From an uncultured delta proteobacterium (GTDB taxonomy: Bacteria > Myxococcota_A > Polyangia > Polyangiales > Houyiibacteriaceae), in assembly GCA_963704865.1 (NCBI GenBank), contig CAVPIE010000014.1, positions 69,937-133,936 of the forward strand: DNA of 64,000 nt, given 5' to 3'. The notes under the pieces were generated by a model that was not told where the DNA came from, did no database searches, and saw only the letters and a program-made list of their open reading frames with translations. The translations under genes and the position numbers were made by a program. Positions 1-8,685 of this stretch are shown piece by piece. The number at the start of each line of letters is the position of its first letter. Within the stretch, counting starts at the first letter, position 1.

Positions 1-166
1 CGTCCTCTTCGGGTAGGAACCAAACAGAAAGGACGATGGGGAAACCCGAGTCGGTGTTCGCGGCGAGCCGCATGGGGATGCGCGTCTCAGCGAGGAACTC
101 CTGAACGCGGGCCTGATTCCAGGGGCCGGAGAAACGTATCGATGGCGACGGCTCCGAGCTCATCAT
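1..166 (-). CDS. pyridoxamine 5'-phosphate oxidase-like (split-barrel FMN-binding) protein, N-terminal part only; gene runs off the window
   Basis: Own minus-strand translation from ATGATG at 161-166: MMSSEPSPSIRFSGPWNQARVQEFLAETRIPMRLAANTDSGFPIVLSVWFLPEED. The EFL..x..RLA...dG.P.v..vWF pattern is typical of PPOX-class proteins. Absent from the ORF track because it is truncated. Confidence 0.45.
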   Translation of the reverse strand, partial: MMSSEPSPSIRFSGPWNQARVQEFLAETRIPMRLAANTDSGFPIVLSVWFLPEED

Positions 167-336
167 CTCCATTCAGCTCATAGGTCGAGTTTCGCTTGGA
201 TGCAAAAACGGAAGACGGGAGCGCTCGTTGAGGGCGGGTTGGGTGACTTCGGACACGGCGTTTACAGCGCGAGTGCTGACTTTTCTTCTGAAGACCTTAC
301 GTTTCGACCATCCCAGCCCCAGATCCACTCCCAGCC

Positions 337-1398
337 ATGGCGTCGTCCCGAAACCAGCTTGGCCGCGTACTCGCAATCCTTGCGATGGCGCTGGTCTCTC
401 CCGCCGCTGCCTCCCCCTTCGAGGATGCCCTCGGCCCGGCCCCTCGCGAGGATGACGGTCGGTTCACGAACTTTGCCGGTCCGATGCCCGAGGTAAGCGC
501 TGCGGTGACGCTGCCCTTCTTCCTCCGGCGCATCACGAGCTCTTTCACGGAGATTCCGAGTGCGCTCGATCGGGTCGCCAACGATGGCGCCTGGCTGCGC
601 GAGAATGCCAAGCACAGCGAGCCCACGGTGACCTGGATTGGTCACGCGACGCTACTCGTTCAAATGGGTCACCTGACGTTTCTCACCGATCCGATCTGGT
701 CGGACCGGGCAAGTCCGGTCTCCTTCGCGGGGCCGCAACGACTCGTGGAGCCAGGTGTCGCGATCGATGATCTTCCGCCAATCGACTTCGTGATGGTCTC
801 GCACAATCACTACGATCACCTCGACCTTGCAAGCTTGGTCTTGCTGTCGGAGCGGGATCCCAACACGCGCTTCTTCGTTCCACTCGAGAACGGTGAGCTC
901 CTTCGCGAGAACGGAATCGAAAACGTCGAAGAGCTCGACTGGGGCCAGCACGTCGAGCACGAAGGGGTGCGCGTCTACTGCCTGCCCGCGCAGCACTGGA
1001 GCAAGCGGGGCATCGGCGACGACCGCGAAGCACTCTGGTCGTCTTGGGCCGTGGTCGGCGCGGAGCGAAAGTTCTTCTTCGCGGGGGACACCGGCTACTT
1101 CGACGGATTTGCCCGGATTGCCGAGGCGCTTGGGCCGTTCGACCTGGCCGCTGTGCCGATCGGCGCCTACGAGCCCAGTGAGATGATGAAGGCTTCACAC
1201 ATGAATCCCGAAGAAGCGGTGCAAGCGGCCATCGATCTTCGTGCCCGCGCCGCCGTCGCGATGCACTACGGCACGTTCAAGCTCTCCGACGAGCCTCTGG
1301 ACGAACCGCCCACGCGCTTCAAGAAAGCGGCATCCGAGGGAGCTCTCGGAGACGATGCCGCATGGTTGCTCCGCATCGGCGAAACCCACGCCTTTTGA
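337..1398 (+). CDS. secreted MBL-fold metallo-hydrolase, NAPE-PLD-like (Lactamase_B_2)
   Basis: N-terminal signal peptide (VLAILAMALVSPAAASP). WIGHATLLVQ and HNHYDHLD (HxHxDH) metal motif. Overall resemblance to N-acyl-phosphatidylethanolamine phospholipase D-type MBL hydrolases. Confidence 0.8.
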   Translation: MASSRNQLGRVLAILAMALVSPAAASPFEDALGPAPREDDGRFTNFAGPMPEVSAAVTLPFFLRRITSSFTEIPSALDRVANDGAWLRENAKHSEPTVTWIGHATLLVQMGHLTFLTDPIWSDRASPVSFAGPQRLVEPGVAIDDLPPIDFVMVSHNHYDHLDLASLVLLSERDPNTRFFVPLENGELLRENGIENVEELDWGQHVEHEGVRVYCLPAQHWSKRGIGDDREALWSSWAVVGAERKFFFAGDTGYFDGFARIAEALGPFDLAAVPIGAYEPSEMMKASHMNPEEAVQAAIDLRARAAVAMHYGTFKLSDEPLDEPPTRFKKAASEGALGDDAAWLLRIGETHAF

Positions 1399-1415
1399 GG
1401 GGGGTGAATCGACCT

Positions 1416-2342
1416 TCAGGCCGGCACCGGCGCCATGCCGGGGCCTGCGGAGATCGTTCGGTGGAGGATCGCAGGCGGGGCGATGCGGTGCTGCTCGAAC
1501 GCACGCATGACCCTGAGGTTCACGTCGGTCTCGAACGCCTTTTCGTATTGCGTATCGAGCACATAAGCCTTGAGCTGGAGCCGCACCGCGACGTAGTTGT
1601 CTTGGATGACCTGGTTGACGAGCACGACGACGGGTTTGGGAAGATGGACATAGCGGCTGGTCAGCCCGGCCTCGGTCACGATGTCACGCGCCTTGCTGAT
1701 GTCTTGGTCGAGCCCAATGTAGAAGTCCATGACGACCTGCATGTCGAGGGCGCCGTAGTTTCCGCATGACGTCATGTCGGTCAGGAACTTGTTGTTGGGG
1801 ATCGTCACGGTGTTGTCGCTCAACGTCTGTAGCCGTACCGATCGAAGCCCGATCGCGGTGATGTCTCCGTACTCTCCACCAAACGCGACCCGGTCCCCGA
1901 CCTGGAACGGCTGGTCGATCATGATCATGATGCCTGCGATGAACGAAGCGACGAGATCCCGAACGGCGAAGCCCACGGCGACGGCCGCGGTGCCACCCAG
2001 CAAGGTGAGGACCTTGGCATCGAAGTGAACACTCAGCGCGATGACCGTGCCGATGGTTCCGATGTAGACGAAGAACTGGACGATCGTGCCGAGCTTCTGG
2101 AAGAGCATTCGACGCGTCGTGAACTGGTTTCCCAGGTTTTCGATGAAGTTGTTGAAAAAACGAAGGCTAATCCAGACCCCGATGATGATGAAGACGGACG
2201 TGAGGACTCCGCCCCAGCGAATGGCTTCGCTGATTTGCGACATCACTTCATCTTCGCTCGGCTCCTGCGCGGCAGCCAGCGCCGGACCGAGCCACTGTCC
2301 GAGGATCGCGGCGGATAGAACGATTGCTTTGTATACTTTCAT
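1416..2342 (-). CDS. small-conductance mechanosensitive channel (MscS family)
   Basis: ORF 1416..2483 trimmed to the ATG at 2342 (MKVYKAIVLSAAILG.. signal-like N-terminus). MscS core motifs present (GGTAAVAVGFAVRDLVASFIAGIMIMIDQPFQVGDRV). GAGGTG Shine-Dalgarno lies 10 nt upstream. Confidence 0.85.
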   Translation of the reverse strand: MKVYKAIVLSAAILGQWLGPALAAAQEPSEDEVMSQISEAIRWGGVLTSVFIIIGVWISLRFFNNFIENLGNQFTTRRMLFQKLGTIVQFFVYIGTIGTVIALSVHFDAKVLTLLGGTAAVAVGFAVRDLVASFIAGIMIMIDQPFQVGDRVAFGGEYGDITAIGLRSVRLQTLSDNTVTIPNNKFLTDMTSCGNYGALDMQVVMDFYIGLDQDISKARDIVTEAGLTSRYVHLPKPVVVLVNQVIQDNYVAVRLQLKAYVLDTQYEKAFETDVNLRVMRAFEQHRIAPPAILHRTISAGPGMAPVPA

Positions 2343-2352
2343 GCCGAACACC

Positions 2353-5300
2353 TCAGAGCAGCAACAGATGCTTTCTGCGAAGGATACTGATGATCGCGCG
2401 ATACCACTGAAGGTCGATCTCGAAAAGATGACCGTGCCCCTCGATGTAGCCGTGGACGCGTGCGGCACGCAGGGCGTCTGCAACTTCAGCCGCGCTCAGG
2501 TCTGTGCAGGTCACCACATCCTCCTCGACCGCCAGCTCCAACTGTACGACTGTGCGTAAGACGAAGTAGAAGGTCGCGGGCAAATCGTCGAGCTGACCCG
2601 CGGACGGCCCCGAGAAGAGCCGGACGTGCACCGTCTCATCGTCGGGCCGCCGATACAGAGACTCCCTCCAAAAGTGGAGCGCCACCTCTGGATTGCCGTC
2701 TGAGTAGTCCCAGAGAATGCGATAGAAGTCGCGCTTCGTGCGCTCTTCGTCGGAAACGGGGGAGGTCCGCACCTGGCGCGGAACCACCAAGCGTTCGAAG
2801 CTAGGCACGACCCCCGCGGCCGCGCTGCGCTGCTCGATCAGCGACGCGATTTGATTTTCTTCCCAAGCTTGCAGCTTGATGACTTGGTCGAACGCGGCGC
2901 GGTCTCCGCGGGCCCGCCGAAGGTACTGCCAGGCAGGCATCCCAATGGCGATCAGCCACGAGGTCTGCGGGCTGACGCGGCGCGTGAGCTCAATGAGTTG
3001 GTCGATGGCTTCCAAGCCGCCGATGAGCGGCCGAACGAGCCTCTGCGCGTCGTCGACCTGGATCACATTGGGAGCGCGCTCACGCAAGGTCCCGGTGATC
3101 TCTTCTTCGGTTGCCGTCTCCGGGAGCCCAAGGGCGCGTGCAAACTCGACCAAGAGCGCGGCGAAGCCCCCCGGTTTGCATTGCACCGCATAGAGGCTGC
3201 CCGGTTCGAGGTCATTGGTGACGCGATTGAGAAAGGTGGTTTTCCCGAGCCCGCGTTCTCCAACCACCGCGACAATGGCATGACGTTCGGACCGAACGAG
3301 CGCGCGCATCGCATGAACGCTTTCTGACATGTACGACGTCAGAAGCTCGGGGGGAGTCTGAGGATGAGGTGCCAAGGCCTCGTAGACCTCGGTGGGAATT
3401 GGCTCGGTGCCGTACTCCGCGGGCGTGGCTGTCTTGCTTTTCTCGACGCCGCGTCGAAACAAGTAGGCGAAAACCCGACGGAGCGGCGCGAGGTCGCTCA
3501 CGCGGCGAACGACAAAGCCAGCGACTCCTTCGATCAGAAGATAAACGCCGCCGATCGCTGCAGCGGGGTAGGTCAGCAGCCCATGGTCGTGCCGCACGAC
3601 CCACTGCAATACGCGAGACGTCTCGCGGCCTTTCGCGCGCTCGAAGATCGTGTCCTTCCACCAATAAACCAAAACCAGGAACACTGGGATTGCGAGAAAG
3701 CCAAACGTACTGATGACCCAAGCGTAGATGGCGCCCTTGCCGACGGTGGCGACGGTCAACGACAGAATCAAGCCGACCGCGACGACGCTTACGCCGACCA
3801 AGCGCAGCGAGCGAAAGCGTAGCTTGGCGGACGACTCGCTCGAGAAACCCTGACGGCTGGCCGTCGCGTCGATCAGCTCGACGACGAAGGCACCTGCCAA
3901 GAGCCAGACAATGGTGATCTCGACGTACTTCGTCTCGGGTAGTCGGCCCCCTTTTGCGACCAACATCGTCAACACGGCAAAAAAGGCCAGCCACTCGAGT
4001 GGCTTTCGGATTCGACGCACGTACCAAACGAAAGTCGAAACTCCTCGGGTCAGATGCGTCTGAGGCCGTTTTTGGAGCCAAGACCGTCGCGATTGCTCGA
4101 GCGTATCGTCGGCCCGCTTTCGCCACCAGCGAAAGACGAGCACCAGCAGCAAGAGCTGAAATAGGCCGAAGACCACCGGCCGGGGTGAGGATTGGAGCTG
4201 CCGATACCGGCGAGCCGCTTCCCGCGGCACGACGAGCAAGTGGAAGCGGACCTCGAGAATGATCTGGTCGAGCTCGCGTTTGACCTGTGCGACGCCGTCT
4301 GGGCCGAACCCCTCGAGACTGTCACGCCGAGACTCGCTGAGCATCTCGAAGAGACGAAGTCGAGCGTGATTCATGATGACGATCGCATCACGAAGCGATT
4401 TCGCGCGATCCCATCTGAGCTCAGCCTCGAGGGCCTGAAGCGCAATCGCGGAACCGCGGAGTGAGGTTCGGAGCTCGCGTGTAGCGCCGCCGTCGATGTC
4501 GGCAGGAAGCTGGTCGGCATCCGCGTTGGGAAGCGGAGGGACTCCACTCGGATCGGATGTCACGGCATCGAGCGCGACGCGCAGATCGTGGCGCGCGTCG
4601 CCGAGATCCCTGGTGAGCCCCTGGTAGAGGTCATCGGCTTGATTTGCTCTTGCCTTTCCCGACGGCATCGCGCTTTGCAACTCTCGAACTCTTCGGTTCC
4701 ATGCGAGCGCGGACTCGGTCGTTGTCTCGATCTTTGCCCGACTGCTTGCAAGCTCCGCTTTGAACCGGGCTTGAGCCTCCTTCACGCTCAAAAGATGAGC
4801 ACGCCGGTCCGCGACCACTCGAAGTGACTCGGTCGTGGCCTCCTGGGAGTCGACGAGCGCTACTTCACGTTCCAAAGCAGCGTCCTTGGCCGCCTGCTCG
4901 GCGACACTTATCTGCTCGGCCAGCGCTTTGGAGGGTTCACCGCTGCGTTGCGCATGCTTGGACAGCAGGCGCTCACGCTCGGCGTCGTCGAGCTCGAGAA
5001 ATTGAAGCCAGAGCATATCGCGCCGTTGCTTCGCAGCGTTTAGTTGCCCGTCGACATCGTCCTCAGCGGCGGCTGGAATCGGCCTCCTCGAGTCCGGGTC
5101 TAAAAACCGTCGGCGCCGTTCAGGGTCTGCCGCAAGGTCAGCCAGCTCGTCTGGATCGATTTCGAGAAGCGGCCGAGGATCGATCGAAGGGTCCAAGTCC
5201 CCCGCAAGAAACGCTTTCAACTCCCCGATTTGCCCCTCGAGCCGGGCGAGCATCTCGGCCTTTCCCTCGGCCGAGATGGCTTGCGCCTCGGCCTCCCGGC

Positions 5301-5787
5301 GTCGGGCCTCGTGCCTGGCAAGAACCGCTGCGCGCTCCGAAAGCGGGAGAGAGAGAAACGCCGCCTGTGCTTCAACCAGCTCGCGACGCACCTTCCCCAA
5401 GGCGTCCTCGGAGCCTGGCGTGCGCGGCGCTCGCTTGCGGCCGGATGGACGCGCTGCTTGCTTGGTGTCTTGCTCGAGCTCTCGTAGAAGCAGCTCGAGA
5501 TCTGGATTGGCCTTTGGAGCGCCGAGGTCGACCATGAAGAGCGTCTGCGGGTCGACCGCTATATCCAAGCGCCCAACCATGAGTTGTCGGATCTGCTTCG
5601 TCTGGTCCCGTAGCTCCCGGATACTTGGAGCCTTGGCGTCCTGGACTTCGAGCGAAACAGTCGGGACCCCAGCATCCCCGCCCACCCCCTTTGCAGCAGG
5701 TGCTTGGGCGTCGGCAGAGGAGGCCCAGCAGCAACCGACCAGCGTCAGCATGAGCCACAGACGATCGCTGGAATTGGTCATCGGCAT
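2353..5787 (-). CDS. giant envelope protein: signal/lipobox, about 500 aa coiled coil, about 6 TM helices, C-terminal P-loop NTPase (ExeA/AAA_22-like)
   Basis: ORF 2353..5886 trimmed to MPMTNSSDRLWLMLTLVGCC (ATG 5787). Long E/R/A/L-rich heptad region. Hydrophobic helices such as FGLFQLLLLVLVFRWW and AWVISTFGFLAIPVFLVLVYWW. Walker A VVGERGLGKTTF, Walker B VIQVDDAQ, then WLIAIGMPAWQYL..LQAWEENQIASLIEQR as in ExeA-type ATPases. Confidence 0.8.
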   Translation of the reverse strand: MPMTNSSDRLWLMLTLVGCCWASSADAQAPAAKGVGGDAGVPTVSLEVQDAKAPSIRELRDQTKQIRQLMVGRLDIAVDPQTLFMVDLGAPKANPDLELLLRELEQDTKQAARPSGRKRAPRTPGSEDALGKVRRELVEAQAAFLSLPLSERAAVLARHEARRREAEAQAISAEGKAEMLARLEGQIGELKAFLAGDLDPSIDPRPLLEIDPDELADLAADPERRRRFLDPDSRRPIPAAAEDDVDGQLNAAKQRRDMLWLQFLELDDAERERLLSKHAQRSGEPSKALAEQISVAEQAAKDAALEREVALVDSQEATTESLRVVADRRAHLLSVKEAQARFKAELASSRAKIETTTESALAWNRRVRELQSAMPSGKARANQADDLYQGLTRDLGDARHDLRVALDAVTSDPSGVPPLPNADADQLPADIDGGATRELRTSLRGSAIALQALEAELRWDRAKSLRDAIVIMNHARLRLFEMLSESRRDSLEGFGPDGVAQVKRELDQIILEVRFHLLVVPREAARRYRQLQSSPRPVVFGLFQLLLLVLVFRWWRKRADDTLEQSRRSWLQKRPQTHLTRGVSTFVWYVRRIRKPLEWLAFFAVLTMLVAKGGRLPETKYVEITIVWLLAGAFVVELIDATASRQGFSSESSAKLRFRSLRLVGVSVVAVGLILSLTVATVGKGAIYAWVISTFGFLAIPVFLVLVYWWKDTIFERAKGRETSRVLQWVVRHDHGLLTYPAAAIGGVYLLIEGVAGFVVRRVSDLAPLRRVFAYLFRRGVEKSKTATPAEYGTEPIPTEVYEALAPHPQTPPELLTSYMSESVHAMRALVRSERHAIVAVVGERGLGKTTFLNRVTNDLEPGSLYAVQCKPGGFAALLVEFARALGLPETATEEEITGTLRERAPNVIQVDDAQRLVRPLIGGLEAIDQLIELTRRVSPQTSWLIAIGMPAWQYLRRARGDRAAFDQVIKLQAWEENQIASLIEQRSAAAGVVPSFERLVVPRQVRTSPVSDEERTKRDFYRILWDYSDGNPEVALHFWRESLYRRPDDETVHVRLFSGPSAGQLDDLPATFYFVLRTVVQLELAVEEDVVTCTDLSAAEVADALRAARVHGYIEGHGHLFEIDLQWYRAIISILRRKHLLLL

Positions 5788-5879
5788 CCGATTCGGCGCA
5801 AGTATAGACAGACCCCGAGCGGGGAGTAGCAGATGATTCCTTCCAGAGCGAGGGGCGAAAGCAACGAGACGAGCTTGAC

Positions 5880-7100
5880 ATGGCAAAGATGGCGACGTCA
5901 GATGACCCCGCGGAACGCAAGGAGACCCCCATCGCCAAGAAGGTACATCGAAAGCGAAAGCGCACCGCTTTGCGCAGGCGGCGACCCCAGACGCTCGGCT
6001 TGGCGCCGGGGAGCATCACCGCCGTCCCGGGCGCGCCGCCTGCCGTCATTCGCGCCATCTCCTACGACGCAGATCGGGTCGAGGAGCGCCCGATTGAGCA
6101 CGTTTCCGATCTGAAATCGCTTCACGACAGGCGCACAAGCGTCAGTTGGATCAACATCGATGGCCTCGGCGACCCTGACACCTTGTCTCAGCTCGGCGAG
6201 ATGTTTGGCCTTCATGCGCTCGCGTTGGAAGACGTGGTGAACCTCCATCAAAGGCCCAAGTTCGAGGACTACGGCGACATCGATTTCATCGTGCTTCGCA
6301 TGCCGTCGCTGGGCCCACACCTCGATCTCGAGCAAGTGAGCATGTTCGTTAGCGATCGCTTCGTGATCACCATTCAAGAGCGGCCGGGTGATTGCTTCGA
6401 CGCCCTCCGCGACCGAATCAGGAATGGGAAGGGGAGAATCCGCCAACGCGGGGGAGCCTACCTCGCCTATGCTGTGCTCGATGCGATCGTCGAGACCTTC
6501 TACCCGGTCGTAGAGAGCTATTCCGACCGGCTGGAAGAAATTGAAAGCAGACTGCTGGCAAACCAGACCGAGAATGTCGTCGCCGAGATTCACGCCGTTC
6601 GTCATGATTTGCGTGCCCTGCGTCGCGCGGTCGCCCCAACCCGAGAGGTCCTGGCCTCCATGGCCCGGGCAGACGCCAGCGATCCCCAAGGCGATACGCA
6701 CATCTTCCTCCGAGACTGTCACGATCACACCGTCCAGCTGATGGAGGCTCTCGACACGAACCGAGAGCTCGCCTCGAGCCTCATGGACATGCATCTGTCC
6801 AACGTGAGCATGCGAATGAACGAGGTCATGAAGGTCTTGACCATCATCGCGACGATCTTCATGCCGCTTGGCTTCATCGCGGGGCTTTATGGAATGAACT
6901 TCGATGGTGACCTTTCACGCTGGAACATGCCGGAGCTCCGATGGCGCTACGGCTATCTCTTCGCCCTCGGCGCGATGGGGCTCACCGCGATCGGGCTCGT
7001 GTTGTTTTTTCGTTCCAAGGGCTGGCTTGGTGACGACGGTCATGAAGCCAACCATGGGGCTGAGCCGGAACAAGATCCCCCCGCGGCTGGCGGGAGGTAG
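5880..7100 (+). CDS. corA: magnesium/cobalt transporter CorA
   Basis: C-terminal two-TM region with the canonical GMN motif (FIAGLYGMNFDG). CorA-like cytoplasmic domain. Basic N-terminal extension; the start could also be the ATG at 5889. Confidence 0.9.
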   Translation: MAKMATSDDPAERKETPIAKKVHRKRKRTALRRRRPQTLGLAPGSITAVPGAPPAVIRAISYDADRVEERPIEHVSDLKSLHDRRTSVSWINIDGLGDPDTLSQLGEMFGLHALALEDVVNLHQRPKFEDYGDIDFIVLRMPSLGPHLDLEQVSMFVSDRFVITIQERPGDCFDALRDRIRNGKGRIRQRGGAYLAYAVLDAIVETFYPVVESYSDRLEEIESRLLANQTENVVAEIHAVRHDLRALRRAVAPTREVLASMARADASDPQGDTHIFLRDCHDHTVQLMEALDTNRELASSLMDMHLSNVSMRMNEVMKVLTIIATIFMPLGFIAGLYGMNFDGDLSRWNMPELRWRYGYLFALGAMGLTAIGLVLFFRSKGWLGDDGHEANHGAEPEQDPPAAGGR

Positions 7101-7126
7101 CGCGTGATGGGCAATGGCGGCAAACG

Positions 7127-7561
7127 TCAGTCGGCGTCCGTTAGACCCAGGGCCGTGGAGATCTCTCGCAAGGTGGTTTCCTCGGCGGCCCGTACCCGAC
7201 CGTCCGCAGCGACAGCGATGGCTGCCGCGCCTCGGACCAGCTCGCTTTTGACCTCGTCGCCGGCCACGCGAGCGATGCAATCGAGGGCGCGTTGGCGGCC
7301 GTCGTCAGGGTTTGCGATCAAGGAGTCGCTCAGGTCCCGAAAGGTGCTTTCGAGCGCCTCGAAGTCCAGACCGGAAAATACATCTGTCTTACCCCGGAGC
7401 ATCTCGACGAACCCGTCGACCTCGGACCTCGCGAGCTCGCCGTCCGAAGCAGCCACCAATGCAAACGCTCCGGAAAGGGCACTCAGCAGAACATCCGGGA
7501 CCTCCTCGTTGAAACGAACCCAACTCGCGATGGCGTACGCCAGAGTCTCGTCTGCAACCAT
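7127..7561 (-). CDS. TerB-family (tellurite-resistance TerB-like) protein
   Basis: ORF 7127..7843 trimmed to MVADETL (ATG 7561). Two TerB-like repeats: LVAASDGELARSEVDGFVEML and AVAADGRVRAAEETTLREIS. Confidence 0.6.
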   Translation of the reverse strand: MVADETLAYAIASWVRFNEEVPDVLLSALSGAFALVAASDGELARSEVDGFVEMLRGKTDVFSGLDFEALESTFRDLSDSLIANPDDGRQRALDCIARVAGDEVKSELVRGAAAIAVAADGRVRAAEETTLREISTALGLTDAD

Positions 7562-7730
7562 TGATGCCTCCTCGGCTGAAGAGAGATTAGCGTGACCTGC
7601 TGGAGAATGCGAGGCATCTTGGACTCGCCCAGCAGGTTGCTGAGCGCAGTGACGTTCAGGGTCTGATTGGTTTTTGGTGACGGACGAGAAACCGGGGGCG
7701 CTCCAAGCGCTCGTTTGAATTGGAGGGCAC

Positions 7731-8618
7731 ATGAGTTTGAAGCAGATCATCGAAAATCTGAGCTCGCTACTGAGTACCGAGCTTTTTGAGATCGGGGGCA
7801 GGCATGTCAAATTGGGCACGCTGCTAGTCGCGGGCTTGGTCATCGGACTGACTTTCGGGATCTCCTCTCTGGCTCAGCGCGGGGTCCGGCGCGGAATGAC
7901 CCGGCGAGGTGTCGTCGACGAGGGTGTCATCGACGTCACCAACAAGCTCCTGCACTACGTGGCCCTGTTCGTCGGGTTCGGCATTGCCCTTCGCCTGGTT
8001 GGCTTCGACCTGAGCACCTTGTTTGCCGCAGGCGCCATCTTCGCGGTCGGTATCGGCTTTGCCATGCAGAACATCGCCCAGAACTTCGTTTCGGGCATCA
8101 TTCTTCTAGTGGAACGGGCGATTACGCCGGGGGATGTGCTCGAGGTCGACGGTCGGATCGTCCGGGTACTGCGCCTGGGAATCCGCGCGACCATCGCCAG
8201 ATCCCGGGACGGAGAAGACGTGATCGTGCCGAACTCGATGCTCGTGCAATCCCTGGTCAGGAACTTCACACTCGACGATGCTGCCTATCGAGTCCGTACT
8301 GAGGTTGGGGTGACCTATGGCTCCGATATGCGGCTCGTTCGCGAGACCCTCGAAGGAGTTGCGAAGCGCAACAGCACAGGCGTCCCCCGATACGAACCAC
8401 AGGTACTCATGCTGCGCTTCGGCAACAGCTCGGTGGACTTCGAGGTCGCGATCTGGATGGACGATCCCTGGCTCGCCCGCCGTCGGCTGTCCCAGCTCAA
8501 CGAGGAGATCTGGTTGGCGCTGAAGCGAGAAGGCGTCGTCATCGCGTTCCCACAGCTCGATGTGCACTTCGATGCCCCCGTCGAAGGGGGCCTAAGTCGG
8601 CTCGCAGCGGCTTCCTGA
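7731..8618 (+). CDS. mechanosensitive ion channel (MscS family)
   Basis: Three TM helices followed by an MscS beta-domain (FAVGIGFAMQNIAQNFVSGIILLVERAITPGDVLEVDG). Confidence 0.85.
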   Translation: MSLKQIIENLSSLLSTELFEIGGRHVKLGTLLVAGLVIGLTFGISSLAQRGVRRGMTRRGVVDEGVIDVTNKLLHYVALFVGFGIALRLVGFDLSTLFAAGAIFAVGIGFAMQNIAQNFVSGIILLVERAITPGDVLEVDGRIVRVLRLGIRATIARSRDGEDVIVPNSMLVQSLVRNFTLDDAAYRVRTEVGVTYGSDMRLVRETLEGVAKRNSTGVPRYEPQVLMLRFGNSSVDFEVAIWMDDPWLARRRLSQLNEEIWLALKREGVVIAFPQLDVHFDAPVEGGLSRLAAAS

Positions 8619-8636
8619 CGGGCGACAGAAAGACAT

Positions 8637-8681
8637 CGAGGGCCTTCCCTGACGCGGATCTCGCGGCCCTCGGGTTTTGCC
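8637..8681. terminator. candidate bidirectional terminator hairpin between convergent genes
   Basis: CGAGGGCC (8637-8644) pairs with GGCCCTCG (8665-8672) and is followed by GGTTTTGCC. It lies between the mscS stop (8618) and the TPR-protein stop (8686). The loop is long (20 nt), so the call is weak. Confidence 0.3.
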
Positions 8682-8685
8682 GGCG

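Noticed and set aside
5880-8618. CorA-TerB-MscS as a tellurite-resistance (ter) system
   Set aside because: Only a lone TerB-fold protein is present. There are no terZ/A/C/D/E genes or associated genes. The neighbours are generic ion-homeostasis genes on different strands.
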